A DNA stretch of 58,276 bases from an uncultured Clostridium sp. (GTDB lineage: Bacteria; Bacillota; Clostridia; TANB77; CAG-508). The stretch is from contig CAOJFV010000004.1 of the NCBI GenBank assembly GCA_948434985.1, forward strand, positions 1 through 58,276. The letters are read 5' to 3'. A program made the translations under genes and the position numbers. Shown here in pieces: positions 30,069 to 40,881 of this stretch (position 1 is the first letter of the stretch; each line of letters opens with the position of its first letter). The notes beneath the pieces are model-generated. The model was not told the DNA's origin and searched no databases. It saw only the letters and a program-made list of their open reading frames with translations.

Positions 30069-31862
30069 ATGGATAAGAGAGAAAACAATAAAAAGAACAA
30101 TAAAACTAGTTTATATTTGTTAATATCAGTGATTGGAGTTTTATTAATTAGTGTAGCTATATTTGGTTTATATATGATTAATAAAAATGGAGAAGATGAA
30201 GAGAAAAATATTTCTTATACAGATTTATTAAAAGAAATTACTGATGAAAATGTTGAAAAAATTGAAATGACAGTAGGAAGTACTTTGCTTAAGGTTAAAT
30301 TAAAAGGAGAAGAAGAGGAAAAAAGTGCAATCGTACCTAGTACTCAAGCTTTTATTGAACTTATTCAAAACGAAAAAATAGATAAGGGAAATGAAATTAA
30401 TTTAATCCAAAAACAACAAAATGTATTTTTAAAGATTCCAACTACATTACTTAGTTTACTACCTACTCTTATGATGGTTGCATTATTTGTACTAATATTT
30501 AAAATGCAAGGACTTGGAGATAAAGGTAAAGTTTATGATGGTGTGGAAAATAAAACTGATATAAAGTTTTCTGATGTTGCTGGACTTGATGAAGAAAAGG
30601 CAGAATTAGTTGAAATAGTTGATTTCTTAAAGGAACCAAAACGTTTCCATAAAATGGGAGCTAAAATTCCTAAAGGAATTTTACTATACGGTAAGCCAGG
30701 TACAGGAAAAACACTTATTGCAAAAGCAATTGCAGGAGAAGCAGGAGTTCCATTTATTTCTATGAGTGGTTCTGAATTTATTGAAATGTTTGCAGGACTT
30801 GGTGCATCACGTGTTAGAAAACTATTTGAAAAAGCAAGAAAAATATCACCTTGTATAGTATTTATTGATGAAATTGATGCTATAGGTTCAAGACGTACAT
30901 CAAATAGTGGTGCAGAAAGTGAAAATAATCAAACATTAAATCAATTATTAGTTGAAATGGATGGTTTCGAGAAAAATGAAACAATTATAGTGCTTGCAGC
31001 TACAAATAGACCAGAAATGTTAGATAAAGCATTACTTCGTCCAGGAAGATTTGATAGACAAATTACAATTGCACCACCTGATGTTAGAGGTAGGGAAGAA
31101 ATATTAAAAATTCATTCTAAGGAAAAGAAATTTTCAGAAGGTGTAACTCTAAAAAGTATTGCAGAAGATACAGCAGGCTATACTGGTGCTGAACTTGCAA
31201 ATATCCTAAACGAAGCAGCAATTATTGCAACAATAAATAAACATAACGCAATTGAACAAGAAGATATAGAAGAAGCTGTAAAGAAGGTTTCAGTAGGAAT
31301 ACAAAAAAAGACAAGAGTAATATCAGATAAAGAGAAGAAATTAACAGCATATCATGAAGCAGGACATGCTATAGTAGGAAGGTTTTTAAATACAGGTGAT
31401 CCACTAAAAGAAATATCAATAATACCAAGAGGTGTAGCTGGTGGATATACAATGTATAAAACAAATGAAGATAAATTCTATAGGTCAAAAACTGAACTAG
31501 AAGAAAGATTAGTAGGTTTACTTGGAGGACGTGCTGCTGAAAAAATAGCATTAAATGATATTTCAACAGGAGCAAGAAACGATATACAAGTAGCAACTGA
31601 AATTGCAAGAGATATGGTTATTGCATATGGAATGAGTGAAAAATTAGGACCAATTTCTTTAGAAGATAAAGATAATTTAGCAGTTTTTGGACAAAACATA
31701 GAAGATGTAATAGGAATAGAGGTAAAAACATTAATAGATAATGCATACAAAGAAGCAATAAATATACTTTCAAAAAATACAGATAAATTACAAATTTTAG
31801 CAGAATTATTACTAGAAAAAGAAACAGTAACAGCCGAAGAATTTGAGGAAATATTTGAATAG
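30069..31862 (+). CDS. ftsH: ATP-dependent zinc metalloprotease FtsH
   Basis: GKPGTGKT Walker A, DEIDA, second region of homology, HEAGHA zinc site. Confidence 0.96.
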   Translation: MDKRENNKKNNKTSLYLLISVIGVLLISVAIFGLYMINKNGEDEEKNISYTDLLKEITDENVEKIEMTVGSTLLKVKLKGEEEEKSAIVPSTQAFIELIQNEKIDKGNEINLIQKQQNVFLKIPTTLLSLLPTLMMVALFVLIFKMQGLGDKGKVYDGVENKTDIKFSDVAGLDEEKAELVEIVDFLKEPKRFHKMGAKIPKGILLYGKPGTGKTLIAKAIAGEAGVPFISMSGSEFIEMFAGLGASRVRKLFEKARKISPCIVFIDEIDAIGSRRTSNSGAESENNQTLNQLLVEMDGFEKNETIIVLAATNRPEMLDKALLRPGRFDRQITIAPPDVRGREEILKIHSKEKKFSEGVTLKSIAEDTAGYTGAELANILNEAAIIATINKHNAIEQEDIEEAVKKVSVGIQKKTRVISDKEKKLTAYHEAGHAIVGRFLNTGDPLKEISIIPRGVAGGYTMYKTNEDKFYRSKTELEERLVGLLGGRAAEKIALNDISTGARNDIQVATEIARDMVIAYGMSEKLGPISLEDKDNLAVFGQNIEDVIGIEVKTLIDNAYKEAINILSKNTDKLQILAELLLEKETVTAEEFEEIFE

Positions 31863-32002
31863 ATTGTTTATCAAAAAAGTACACAAAACAAGTCAAAAAT
31901 TGGTAAAAAATGTTGAGAGTTTTTTATTTATATGATAATATATAAATCGTACTGTGAATATAATTATAGTACGATTTATTTTGAATTTAGGGGAGTAAGA
32001 TT

Positions 32003-33871
32003 TTGAGCAGAGTAAAGGGAACTTTAAAGGAAGATTTGACAAATGACAAAGAAGAAAAAATAATAAAAAGAGAGGAAACAATAATAGAAAGCAAAGAAAA
32101 ACTTGAAGAAAATATAGGACAAAAAAAGGAAACAATTAATGAACAATGTGAAGAAATAGAAACAGTTAATACATTAAAACAGAGTGAAGAAAGTGTTACT
32201 AAAGAAACAGAAAAAAACGAACTCATAGAAATAGATAACATATTAGAACAAAATGAAGAAAATAATACTTATAAAAAAGAAGAACAACAAAGTCAGATAA
32301 ATGAAACTAATAGTGAAGAGAAAAAGATAGATTTTTTACATAGATATACTATAGCAATAACTATAATTTCTATTTTATTATTTATAGGGTTGCTAGCATT
32401 TTCGACTATATTTGGATTAACAATTAGAAACAGTAATAAAATAGTAAATGGAATTTATATAGGCAAAATAGATATTTCTGGTCTTACATATGAAGAGGCG
32501 AAAGAAAAATTAAAAATAGAATATGAGAAAAAGAAAAACCAAACTATTACATTAAAGTGTAACGAATATACTAATGAATTTAATCTTGAGGAAATAGAGG
32601 CCAATTTCGAAAATGGGGAAGCACTGGATATAGCATATAGTATCGGAAGAAGTGGTAAAGTTTTAAAGGATAATTATGCTATAATAAATACTTATATCGG
32701 CAAAGTAAATATAAATCCATTTTTTAGTTATAATGAAGAAAAATTAACAAAAATTATAAATGAAACTGCTGAAAATATTCCAAATAAAGCTTTAAATACT
32801 TCATATAGTATAGAAAATGATAGATTAATTATAACAAAAGGAAAATTAGGAAATGAAGTAAAAAAAGATGAACTAAAAAATTTAATATTAAATAATATTA
32901 CTAATCTAGCACAAGAAGAACACCAAATTGATATACCAATTATAATACAAGAACATAATAATATAGATATAGAAAAGATTCATAAAGAAATATATAAAGA
33001 AGCAAAAGATGCATATTATCAAAAAGATCCATTTACAATATATCCACATATTGATGGAGTAGATTTTAATGTGAGCCTAGAAGAAGCAAAAGTCTTATTA
33101 AATAGTAATGAAGAGACAGTAATAATACCACTTAAAATAACAATACCAAATATAACAACAAATAAAATAGGAACAGAAGCATTTCCAGATTTACTTGCAA
33201 CATATTCAACTACATTTTCTACAAGTAATACAAATCGTACAACTAATATAAAATTAGCATCTAATAAAATAAATGGTGTTGTATTAATGCCAGGAGAAGA
33301 GTTTTCATATAATAAAGTAGTAGGACAAAGAACTGCTATAGCAGGATTTAAAGCGGCAGCAGCATATGTAAGCGGAAAGGTTGTAAATGAAATTGGAGGT
33401 GGAATATGCCAAGTATCTTCAACATTATATAATACAGCTTTACGTGCAAATTTAGAAATTGTGAAAAGATCTAATCATAGATTTGCAACTGGATATGTAC
33501 CACTAAGCACAGATGCAACAGTATCATGGGGAGGACCAGAGTTTATATTTAAAAACTCTAGAAAATATCCAATAAAAATTGTTTCAACTGTAACAGGCGG
33601 AAAAATTAAAGTAGATATATATGGATGTAAAGAAGAAGTTGAATATGAAGTTGCAATTAAATCTGAAACTTTACAAATTATCCCTATGAAAACAGAATAT
33701 AGAACAAATGCTTCACTTCCAGAAGGTACAACAAGAACAGTACAAAAAGGCCATGCAGGATACAAATCAAGAGCATATAGAATTTTAAAATTAAATGGTA
33801 ATGTTATATCAAAACAACTACTATCAACAGATACATATGCACAATTACCAACAATTATAGAAAAAAATTAA
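32003..33871 (+). CDS. VanW-family protein with an acidic N-terminal region, one TM helix and a C-terminal G5 domain
   Basis: VanW core FSYNKVVG...GGGICQVSSTLYNTALRANLEIVKRSNH. G5-like C-terminus EGTTRTVQKGHAGYKS. TTG start with an AGGGGAG RBS. Confidence 0.75.
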   Translation: MSRVKGTLKEDLTNDKEEKIIKREETIIESKEKLEENIGQKKETINEQCEEIETVNTLKQSEESVTKETEKNELIEIDNILEQNEENNTYKKEEQQSQINETNSEEKKIDFLHRYTIAITIISILLFIGLLAFSTIFGLTIRNSNKIVNGIYIGKIDISGLTYEEAKEKLKIEYEKKKNQTITLKCNEYTNEFNLEEIEANFENGEALDIAYSIGRSGKVLKDNYAIINTYIGKVNINPFFSYNEEKLTKIINETAENIPNKALNTSYSIENDRLIITKGKLGNEVKKDELKNLILNNITNLAQEEHQIDIPIIIQEHNNIDIEKIHKEIYKEAKDAYYQKDPFTIYPHIDGVDFNVSLEEAKVLLNSNEETVIIPLKITIPNITTNKIGTEAFPDLLATYSTTFSTSNTNRTTNIKLASNKINGVVLMPGEEFSYNKVVGQRTAIAGFKAAAAYVSGKVVNEIGGGICQVSSTLYNTALRANLEIVKRSNHRFATGYVPLSTDATVSWGGPEFIFKNSRKYPIKIVSTVTGGKIKVDIYGCKEEVEYEVAIKSETLQIIPMKTEYRTNASLPEGTTRTVQKGHAGYKSRAYRILKLNGNVISKQLLSTDTYAQLPTIIEKN

Positions 33872-33894
33872 AATATTAAAAGGAGAGAATTAGT

Positions 33895-34590
33895 ATGGAT
33901 TGGAACAAAGAAACAGTACAAAAAATGGAATGGAACGGAGAAATTTCTAATTATGATGAAAAATTGAGGATTGCGAAAAAGATTGTAGACAAAGTAAAAG
34001 ATGGAGATGTAATAGGGGTTGGATCAGGTTCTACATCTTTTGTTGCAACAAAAGAGATTGCTAAAAAAATAAAAGAGGAAAATTTACATATAACAGCAAT
34101 TCCAACATCATATGAGATTAATTTGCTATGTAATGAACTAGGAATACCAACAGCAAGTCTTATGGATAAAAAACCAGATTGGAGTTTTGATGGAGCTGAT
34201 GAAGTAAATGACAAAAATTGGTTAGTAAAAGGTAGAGGAGCTGCAATGTATAGAGAAAAATTAAATGTTGTTAGTTCAGAAGTTACATATATTTTAGTGG
34301 ACGAATCAAAATTTGTAAAAAATATATGTGACAAATTCCCAATACCAGTTGAAGTTACTCCTAAAGCAATAAATTATGTAAGACAAACTATGTTTGAGAT
34401 GGGAGCTGAATCTATTACATTAAGGCCAGCAAAAGGAAAAGATGGACCAGTTATAACAGAAGAAGGAAATGTTATTTTAGATACAGTTTTTAGAAATGTA
34501 GACGAAACTTTAGAAAAAAGATTAAAAGGTATAGTAGGAGTACTAGAAACAGGCTTATTTATTGGATATAATGTTGTTATAGAAAAATAA
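33895..34590 (+). CDS. rpiA: Ribose-5-phosphate isomerase A
   Basis: [14 protein letters not shown] and KGRGAA motifs; 231 aa. Confidence 0.85.
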   Translation: MDWNKETVQKMEWNGEISNYDEKLRIAKKIVDKVKDGDVIGVGSGSTSFVATKEIAKKIKEENLHITAIPTSYEINLLCNELGIPTASLMDKKPDWSFDGADEVNDKNWLVKGRGAAMYREKLNVVSSEVTYILVDESKFVKNICDKFPIPVEVTPKAINYVRQTMFEMGAESITLRPAKGKDGPVITEEGNVILDTVFRNVDETLEKRLKGIVGVLETGLFIGYNVVIEK

Positions 34591-34609
34591 GGTAACAGAG
34601 GTAAAAAAT

Positions 34610-35608
34610 ATGGAATATGAAAATATAACTAGTCCAGAATTAGAAGGTGTGGAAGAAGAAAGACTAGAAAATTCTTTAAGACCAAATGTGTTAAAAGAAT
34701 ATATTGGACAAGATAAAGTAAAAGAAAGTATGAAAATATATATAGAGGCGGCAAAAAAAAGAGGTGAGCCTCTTGACCATGTTTTATTATATGGACCTCC
34801 AGGACTTGGTAAAACTACGCTATCTAACATAATAGCAAATGAAATGAATTCTAATATTAAAATAACATCAGGACCAGCAATTGAAAAACCAGGAGATTTA
34901 GCAGCAATTCTTACAAACCTTAATGAGTTTGATGTGCTTTTTATAGATGAAATACATAGATTAAATAAAACAGTAGAAGAGATTTTATATCCAGCATTGG
35001 AAGATTTTAGTTTAGATATAATCATAGGAAAGGGACCAAGTGCAAGGTCTATAAGACTAGACCTTCCTAAATTTACTTTAATAGGGGCAACTACTAAAGC
35101 TGGTTCACTTACAACACCATTAAGAGATAGATTTGGAATTGTATCAAGGCTTGAACTATATACACCAGAACAACTTGAATTAATAATAAAAAGATCTGCT
35201 ACAATTTTAGGAGTAGAACTAGAGGAAAGAGCAGCAAATGAAATGGCAGGACGTTCTAGAGGAACTCCAAGAATAGCAAATAGAATATTAAAACGAGTTA
35301 GAGATTATGCAGCAGTTTTAGGAGATGGAAAAATCACATTAGAAATAGCACAAATAGCATTAAATAAATTAGAAATAGATGAATTAGGTTTAGATGAAAT
35401 AGATAGAAAAATATTAAAAACAATTATTGAGCAATATAAAGGTGGACCAGTGGGACTAGAAACATTAGCTGTAACAATAGGAGAAGAAGTAGAAACAATA
35501 GAAGATGTATATGAACCATACTTAATGCAAATAGGATTTTTATCACGTACACCGAGAGGAAGAATAGCTATGCCAGACGCATACACACATCTAGGAATAG
35601 CACAATAA
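34610..35608 (+). CDS. ruvB: Holliday junction branch migration helicase RuvB
   Basis: LRP....[30 protein letters not shown]. Confidence 0.97.
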   Translation: MEYENITSPELEGVEEERLENSLRPNVLKEYIGQDKVKESMKIYIEAAKKRGEPLDHVLLYGPPGLGKTTLSNIIANEMNSNIKITSGPAIEKPGDLAAILTNLNEFDVLFIDEIHRLNKTVEEILYPALEDFSLDIIIGKGPSARSIRLDLPKFTLIGATTKAGSLTTPLRDRFGIVSRLELYTPEQLELIIKRSATILGVELEERAANEMAGRSRGTPRIANRILKRVRDYAAVLGDGKITLEIAQIALNKLEIDELGLDEIDRKILKTIIEQYKGGPVGLETLAVTIGEEVETIEDVYEPYLMQIGFLSRTPRGRIAMPDAYTHLGIAQ

Positions 35609-35645
35609 TAAAAAGAGTATATAGACTTGCTACAAACTAGCGCGA

Positions 35646-35743
35646 AGGAAGTAATATAATTATTTTTTAGAAGTGGAGTACGCGGATTCTCCAGAGGTTA
35701 TGACAAGTGTCGAAACTTATAAAAAATAATTATATTACTTCCT
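35646..35743. repeat. Perfect 23-24 bp AT-rich inverted repeat enclosing a 50-nt loop of about 46% GC; a structured element of unknown function in the ruvB 3' / downstream-gene 5' region
   Basis: Left arm ggaagtaatataattatttttta (35647-35669) is the exact reverse complement of the right arm (35720-42). The loop contains an inner hairpin tggag-N10-ctcca. Confidence 0.7.
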
Positions 35744-35792
35744 GGGAGCAAATTGAAAAAGAAACATATTTAAATAAAAGGAGAACATAAGA

Positions 35793-37640
35793 ATGCAGAT
35801 AATTTATATTTTGTCTTTAATAGTTTTAGTAATAAGTTTCATACTTATTAAGAAGACAGATAAAAAGATAAATATACTTAGCTTTTTAAATATAACTATA
35901 GGAGTAATATTTTGCTATAATACATTTATAAGTTATGTGCTAACATTCTTTTTGGCACCAGTTACATTAACAAGCTTATCAGTAATCAACATAATCTTAT
36001 CTATAATTTTTATTGCTTTAATGTTATGGAAAAAACAAATACAGAAATATGAAATAAAAAAGATAGATATACTATATATAGCGATATTAGGAATTGCGGT
36101 ATTAATAGTATCATACTTGAATTTTGGTTTTCCGTTTAATATAAAATATGAAACTGGAGATCCATCAGTACACTATTTAACATCAGAAATGTTTGCTGAA
36201 AATGATTCATTATTAATAACAGATAAAGATGAAGTATATGGTGGGTTTACTACAAGAAAAACTGTATCATATGTTAATTCAGGAATAATAATGAAGTGCT
36301 TAGATGGAATTATAGATCCATTTTATAATTACAATATATTTATAATCTTTGGAATATTTGTATTATTTATAACTGCATCATCAATGTATACAACAATATC
36401 TAGTTTTTCAGTAGATAAAAAAACACACTTTTTAGCGTTTGTTGTTAGCTTAATTTACACAATGGGGTATCCATTAAATAGTTTATTATTTGGGTTTGAA
36501 TATCTAAGTATGGGAATTCTTATCATATGTTTAGTGTTTGATATGGTATATTATTTTAAAAATCAACAATTAAAACTTCCATATAATATATTAATATTTG
36601 CATTACTAAACTTTGGAGTATTTAGTGCATACTATATGTTTGTACCATTCTTATATTCTGCATTATGGTTATATTTCTGTTTTTATAGTTATGAAAAAGA
36701 TAAAAGTGTATTTACTAAGAAGAATATTATTTTGTTAATAACAACATTACTAATACCATTTTTCTTAGGATTTATATATCATATAGCACCAGAAATATAT
36801 GGAGTAATTATTAATCAAAACTTAAATTCTGAAACAATGCTTAATTATTCAGCAAATTTAGTTGGGAAAGGGCTTTCGACATATGGGTATATCTATGTAA
36901 ATTTATATTCTAATATATTACTATTACTACCAATTCCTATATATATGCTAATAAGGAAATGGAAAGATAATAAGTTCGCTGGAATGAATATGTTATTTTG
37001 CATAGCTTTTATAGAATTATTGTTATTTGGATTTGCATTTGGGAAAGTATCAATATATTATCTAAGTAAAAATTACTTTGCTTTATGGCTTATTCTATTT
37101 TACTTAAATTATAAAGGACTAGTAGAAATATATATAAAATATCCAAAGGTTTCTTTTGGAATAGTAGGATTTTATATAGTGTTAATAATATTAAATCTAT
37201 TATTTGTAGATACAACATTAGAAAATCAAGAATTAAACCCAAATGAAAGATTAACAACAGTAGTTGAAGTATTTGGAGCAAATAAAACAATTTTAAAATA
37301 TAAAAAAACAGATTTTTATCGTGAAGAATTAGAACTGTTAAAATATTTAAAAGATAATATAAGTTATGATAATAAAGTAGAAATAGTAGGAGATATGGAA
37401 CAAGGATACTGGGCTTATACATTAACAAGATACTTAAATGATAAAGAACAAGAATATATGAAAAAAGGCCAAAATGGGCTTACATTGAAAATGTTAAATG
37501 TAAAAAATGATATAAAAAATGCTGATTATATAATCTATTTTAACAGGACAGATTATTATAAAGCATTACAACAAAGAATATATGAACTAGGAGATATCGT
37601 TTTTGAGAACAATTCTGGTGGAATTGTAAAATGTAAATAA
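35793..37640 (+). CDS. Polytopic membrane protein (615 aa, about 14 TM helices) with a C-terminal soluble domain; possibly a GT-C-type glycosyltransferase or polymerase
   Basis: Long ORF with an AAAGGAG RBS and a hydrophobic repeat architecture. No signature motif recognised. Confidence 0.55.
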   Translation: MQIIYILSLIVLVISFILIKKTDKKINILSFLNITIGVIFCYNTFISYVLTFFLAPVTLTSLSVINIILSIIFIALMLWKKQIQKYEIKKIDILYIAILGIAVLIVSYLNFGFPFNIKYETGDPSVHYLTSEMFAENDSLLITDKDEVYGGFTTRKTVSYVNSGIIMKCLDGIIDPFYNYNIFIIFGIFVLFITASSMYTTISSFSVDKKTHFLAFVVSLIYTMGYPLNSLLFGFEYLSMGILIICLVFDMVYYFKNQQLKLPYNILIFALLNFGVFSAYYMFVPFLYSALWLYFCFYSYEKDKSVFTKKNIILLITTLLIPFFLGFIYHIAPEIYGVIINQNLNSETMLNYSANLVGKGLSTYGYIYVNLYSNILLLLPIPIYMLIRKWKDNKFAGMNMLFCIAFIELLLFGFAFGKVSIYYLSKNYFALWLILFYLNYKGLVEIYIKYPKVSFGIVGFYIVLIILNLLFVDTTLENQELNPNERLTTVVEVFGANKTILKYKKTDFYREELELLKYLKDNISYDNKVEIVGDMEQGYWAYTLTRYLNDKEQEYMKKGQNGLTLKMLNVKNDIKNADYIIYFNRTDYYKALQQRIYELGDIVFENNSGGIVKCK

Positions 37641-37657
37641 TAAGAGAGGGAATAAAG

Positions 37658-38215
37658 ATGAAATTGTTAATGCATACTTGTTGTGCACCATGTAGTGTTT
37701 ATTGTATAGACGCATTAAGGAAAGAAGAAATTGAACCTAGCTTATATTGGTACAATCCTAACATACATCCATACACTGAATATAGTGCAAGAAGAGACTG
37801 TTTAAAAGAATATGCTAAAAGTATTAATGTAGAAGCAATATTTGAAGAAGAATATGGATTAGACAAATTTTGTAGAAATGTAATAGATGATTTGAAAAAC
37901 AGATGTAAAAATTACTGTTATAAAGTTAGATTAGAGCAAACAGTAAAATATGCAAAAGAGAACGGATATGATGCATTTACAACAACATTATTTGTTAGCC
38001 CATATCAAAACCATGAAACATTAAAAGAAATATGTGAGAATCTTGCAAAAGATTATGACATTGAATTTGTATATAGGGATTTTAGAGTAGGATTTAGAGA
38101 AGGACAAACAAAGGCACGAGAACTCGGATTATATATGCAAAAATATTGTGGTTGTATTTTTTCAGAAGAAGATAGGTATAGTAAAAAAATAGAAAAGGAT
38201 AGAAATAATAAATGA
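37658..38215 (+). CDS. queH: Epoxyqueuosine reductase QueH (DUF208)
   Basis: LLMHTCCAPCS N-terminus and C-terminal YCGCIFSE, characteristic of QueH. Confidence 0.85.
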   Translation: MKLLMHTCCAPCSVYCIDALRKEEIEPSLYWYNPNIHPYTEYSARRDCLKEYAKSINVEAIFEEEYGLDKFCRNVIDDLKNRCKNYCYKVRLEQTVKYAKENGYDAFTTTLFVSPYQNHETLKEICENLAKDYDIEFVYRDFRVGFREGQTKARELGLYMQKYCGCIFSEEDRYSKKIEKDRNNK

Positions 38216-38226
38216 AGGAGAGAAAG

Positions 38227-38844
38227 ATGGTATTAAAAAATAAGTTGGGAATAGATAATGAGGTGGAACTTGCAAAAGAAGAAGAGAGAATTACAAAAAA
38301 GAAGGCATTAGAATTGTTTGAAAGAAAACTGTTAAATTCTTTTGAGACAGGAACATTTAAAGGATTATTACAAATTCATAAATTTCTTTTTGAAGATGTA
38401 TATGAATTTGCAGGGAAAATTAGGAAAGAAAATATTTCTAAAAGTAATTTTAGATTTGCATCAAGTGTGTACTTAGAAGAAGCTCTAGAAAAAATAGATA
38501 AAATGCCACAATCTAATTTTGATGAAATAATAGAAAAATATATAGAAATGAATATAGCACATCTATTTAGAGAAGGAAATGGTAGAAGTACAAGAATATG
38601 GTTGGATTCTATCTTGAAAAAAGAGATTAATATGGTAATAGATTGGAGCAAAGTTGATAAAGAAGATTATTTATTAGCAATGGAAAGAAGCCCAATAAAA
38701 GATACAGAAATAAAATATTTATTAAAAGAAGCGTTAACTGATAAAGTAGATGATAGAGAAGTTTATATGAAGGGGATAGATGCAAGTTATAATTATGAGG
38801 GGTATAGATTATATAGCATAGAGGATTTGAAAAACAAAAGCTAA
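38227..38844 (+). CDS. fic: Fic-family AMP-transferase, class III architecture (C-terminal inhibitory helix)
   Basis: Canonical Fic motif HLFREGNGRSTR (38560-38595). C-terminal SYNYEG (38785-38802) matches the (S/T)xxxE(G/N) inhibitory motif. ATG 38227 follows AAGGAGAG; the upstream ATG 38212 overlaps the queH stop. Confidence 0.8.
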   Translation: MVLKNKLGIDNEVELAKEEERITKKKALELFERKLLNSFETGTFKGLLQIHKFLFEDVYEFAGKIRKENISKSNFRFASSVYLEEALEKIDKMPQSNFDEIIEKYIEMNIAHLFREGNGRSTRIWLDSILKKEINMVIDWSKVDKEDYLLAMERSPIKDTEIKYLLKEALTDKVDDREVYMKGIDASYNYEGYRLYSIEDLKNKS

Positions 38845-38877
38845 ACATAGATATAAAATGATTTTGGAGTGATGTAA

Positions 38878-39417
38878 ATGAAAATACTAAGAAATGAATT
38901 AAAAAGTGAATTAAATATTAGAACTGAAAAAGATTATCCAATAAAAGGAATTGAGTTTATAGATATAGTACCTTTAATATTACAAAAAGATACATTTAAG
39001 GAAATAATAGATAAATTTATAGAAGAAATAAAAGATAAAAATGTAGATTATATAGTTGCACCAGAATCAAGAGGATTTTTATTTGGTTCATCAGTTGCGT
39101 ACGAACTAAATGTGGGTTGTATTCCAATAAGAAAAAAAGGAAAATTGCCACCAACAACAGTAGAGATGCAAATTGAGTATGAAAAGGAATATGGTAAAGA
39201 TATATTAGAACTTCCTAAACTATTAAATGATAATTATAAAAATAAAAAATTTTACCTTATAGATGATATTTATGCTACAGGAAACACTATGAAAGCAATA
39301 AAAGAAGCAATTGAGAACTTGGGAGGAAAAGTAATAGGTGAAGGCGTAGTTATGAATATCGTAAAATTAAATAATAATGATAAAATATTTTCTTTAATTG
39401 ATATAAATGAAGAATAG
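38878..39417 (+). CDS. apt: Adenine phosphoribosyltransferase
   Basis: GIEFIDI, APESRGFLFG and LIDDIYATGNT PRPP motifs. Confidence 0.9.
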   Translation: MKILRNELKSELNIRTEKDYPIKGIEFIDIVPLILQKDTFKEIIDKFIEEIKDKNVDYIVAPESRGFLFGSSVAYELNVGCIPIRKKGKLPPTTVEMQIEYEKEYGKDILELPKLLNDNYKNKKFYLIDDIYATGNTMKAIKEAIENLGGKVIGEGVVMNIVKLNNNDKIFSLIDINEE

Positions 39418-39426
39418 AGGTATGTT

Positions 39427-40881
39427 ATGGAAAATAAAAAACAACTTAATTACAGATTGATATTTATATTACTATCAGTAGCTTTTATTAGCCCATCTAT
39501 CGTATATTTATTAAAAGGAAGAAAAATAATAGATTTAGTTTCTAGTTTTACATTTTTCTTTACTGAACCAACTTGGAAATGTACACCAGCAAAAGTAATA
39601 GGCACAATATTTTTTATAGGAATATTTATAGCACTAGCGTTTGTATATTACAAAATTTTAAAGAATCATAAAAAAGAATTTGAAACTGGTAAAAAGGTAG
39701 CAATATTTATAACAACTGTATCTATATTATTCTTTATTATGCTACCTCTAACAAGTACAGATGTGTTTTACTATATTGGTACAGGATGGAGTGAAGCTCA
39801 TTATGGAGTAAATCCATACTATACATCAGTAAATGATGTAATGGCAGAAAGTGAAGAAGCGGAAAATGATGAAATGTTACTTAAAATGAAAGGAGTTTGG
39901 AGTGGACAAACAATAGTATATGGACCAGTATGGCCATTTATATGCAAGATTTTAAGTGGTTTATCTATGGGAAATCTGTTTGTAGCATTGTTTATATATA
40001 AGTTATTTAACTTATGCTTACATTTAATAAATACATATTTAATATATAAGATAACAAACAAAAGAAATCTGTTTGCGTTATTATATGGAATAAATCCATT
40101 AATATTATTTGATGGATTAGCAAATGCACATAATGAACTATTGCTTATTTTTCTAATTTTACTTGGGTTATATTTTTTCGTAAAAAAGAAAAATGTGGCA
40201 TTAACAGTAATATCATTTGCATTAGGGGCAGCGGTAAAATATGTTGCAATATTGCTTATACCATTTATAATTCTGTATCACTACAGAAAAGAAAAGCTAT
40301 TTAAAAAGATATTATATTCATTCTTATGGGCCATATTATTTATAGTAGTAATAGCGTTATGTTACTGTGTCTATATGAGAAATTTTGATTTCTTAAATGG
40401 AATACTAACACAACAAGGGAAATTTGTTAATTCAATATTTACACCAATTGCAATAAAAGATTTTGATTTAGCGTTAGCTGTATCAAAAGGATTTATGCTA
40501 GCATTTATAGTAATATATTTAATAACTATACTAAAATTACTATTTACTAGGAAACAATATATATTTAGTACTTTTATAAGGAAATATAATGGACTATTAG
40601 TATTGTTTTTGTTTGGAACGATAACTAATTTTCAAAGTTGGTATACGCTTTGGTTGTTACCTACAATGATATGGGATAGCTCAAAAAATATAAAGTGGTT
40701 ATCAATGATTACAATATTTTCAGAACTTTGCAACATAGTATATTTTATTGCATATGAACATTATATGTTTGGAGCAATATACCCAATAATTTTGTTAGTT
40801 GCAATGGTAATTTCTAATGTGTTGTGTGAGAAAAAACTTCATAGTAACGAAATTAAAATAGAAAATCAGGAGAAAAAATGA
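39427..40881 (+). CDS. Polytopic GT-C-like membrane protein (DUF2029/GT87-like)
   Basis: First-loop motif TSTDVFYYIGTGWSEAHYGVNPYY resembles the DUF2029/GT87 signature; about 12 TM helices. Confidence 0.5.
   Translation: MENKKQLNYRLIFILLSVAFISPSIVYLLKGRKIIDLVSSFTFFFTEPTWKCTPAKVIGTIFFIGIFIALAFVYYKILKNHKKEFETGKKVAIFITTVSILFFIMLPLTSTDVFYYIGTGWSEAHYGVNPYYTSVNDVMAESEEAENDEMLLKMKGVWSGQTIVYGPVWPFICKILSGLSMGNLFVALFIYKLFNLCLHLINTYLIYKITNKRNLFALLYGINPLILFDGLANAHNELLLIFLILLGLYFFVKKKNVALTVISFALGAAVKYVAILLIPFIILYHYRKEKLFKKILYSFLWAILFIVVIALCYCVYMRNFDFLNGILTQQGKFVNSIFTPIAIKDFDLALAVSKGFMLAFIVIYLITILKLLFTRKQYIFSTFIRKYNGLLVLFLFGTITNFQSWYTLWLLPTMIWDSSKNIKWLSMITIFSELCNIVYFIAYEHYMFGAIYPIILLVAMVISNVLCEKKLHSNEIKIENQEKK

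Noticed and set aside
35688-35735. Resemblance of ccAGAGGTTatgacaagtgtcgaaacttATAAAAAAtaa to a class I preQ1 riboswitch (AGAGGTTC...CCTCT ATAAAAAACTAA), which is tempting because queH lies 2 kb downstream.
   Set aside because: The 3' half of the P1 stem (CCTCT) is missing. The A-rich tail is part of the long inverted-repeat arm. The downstream gene is not a queuosine gene.
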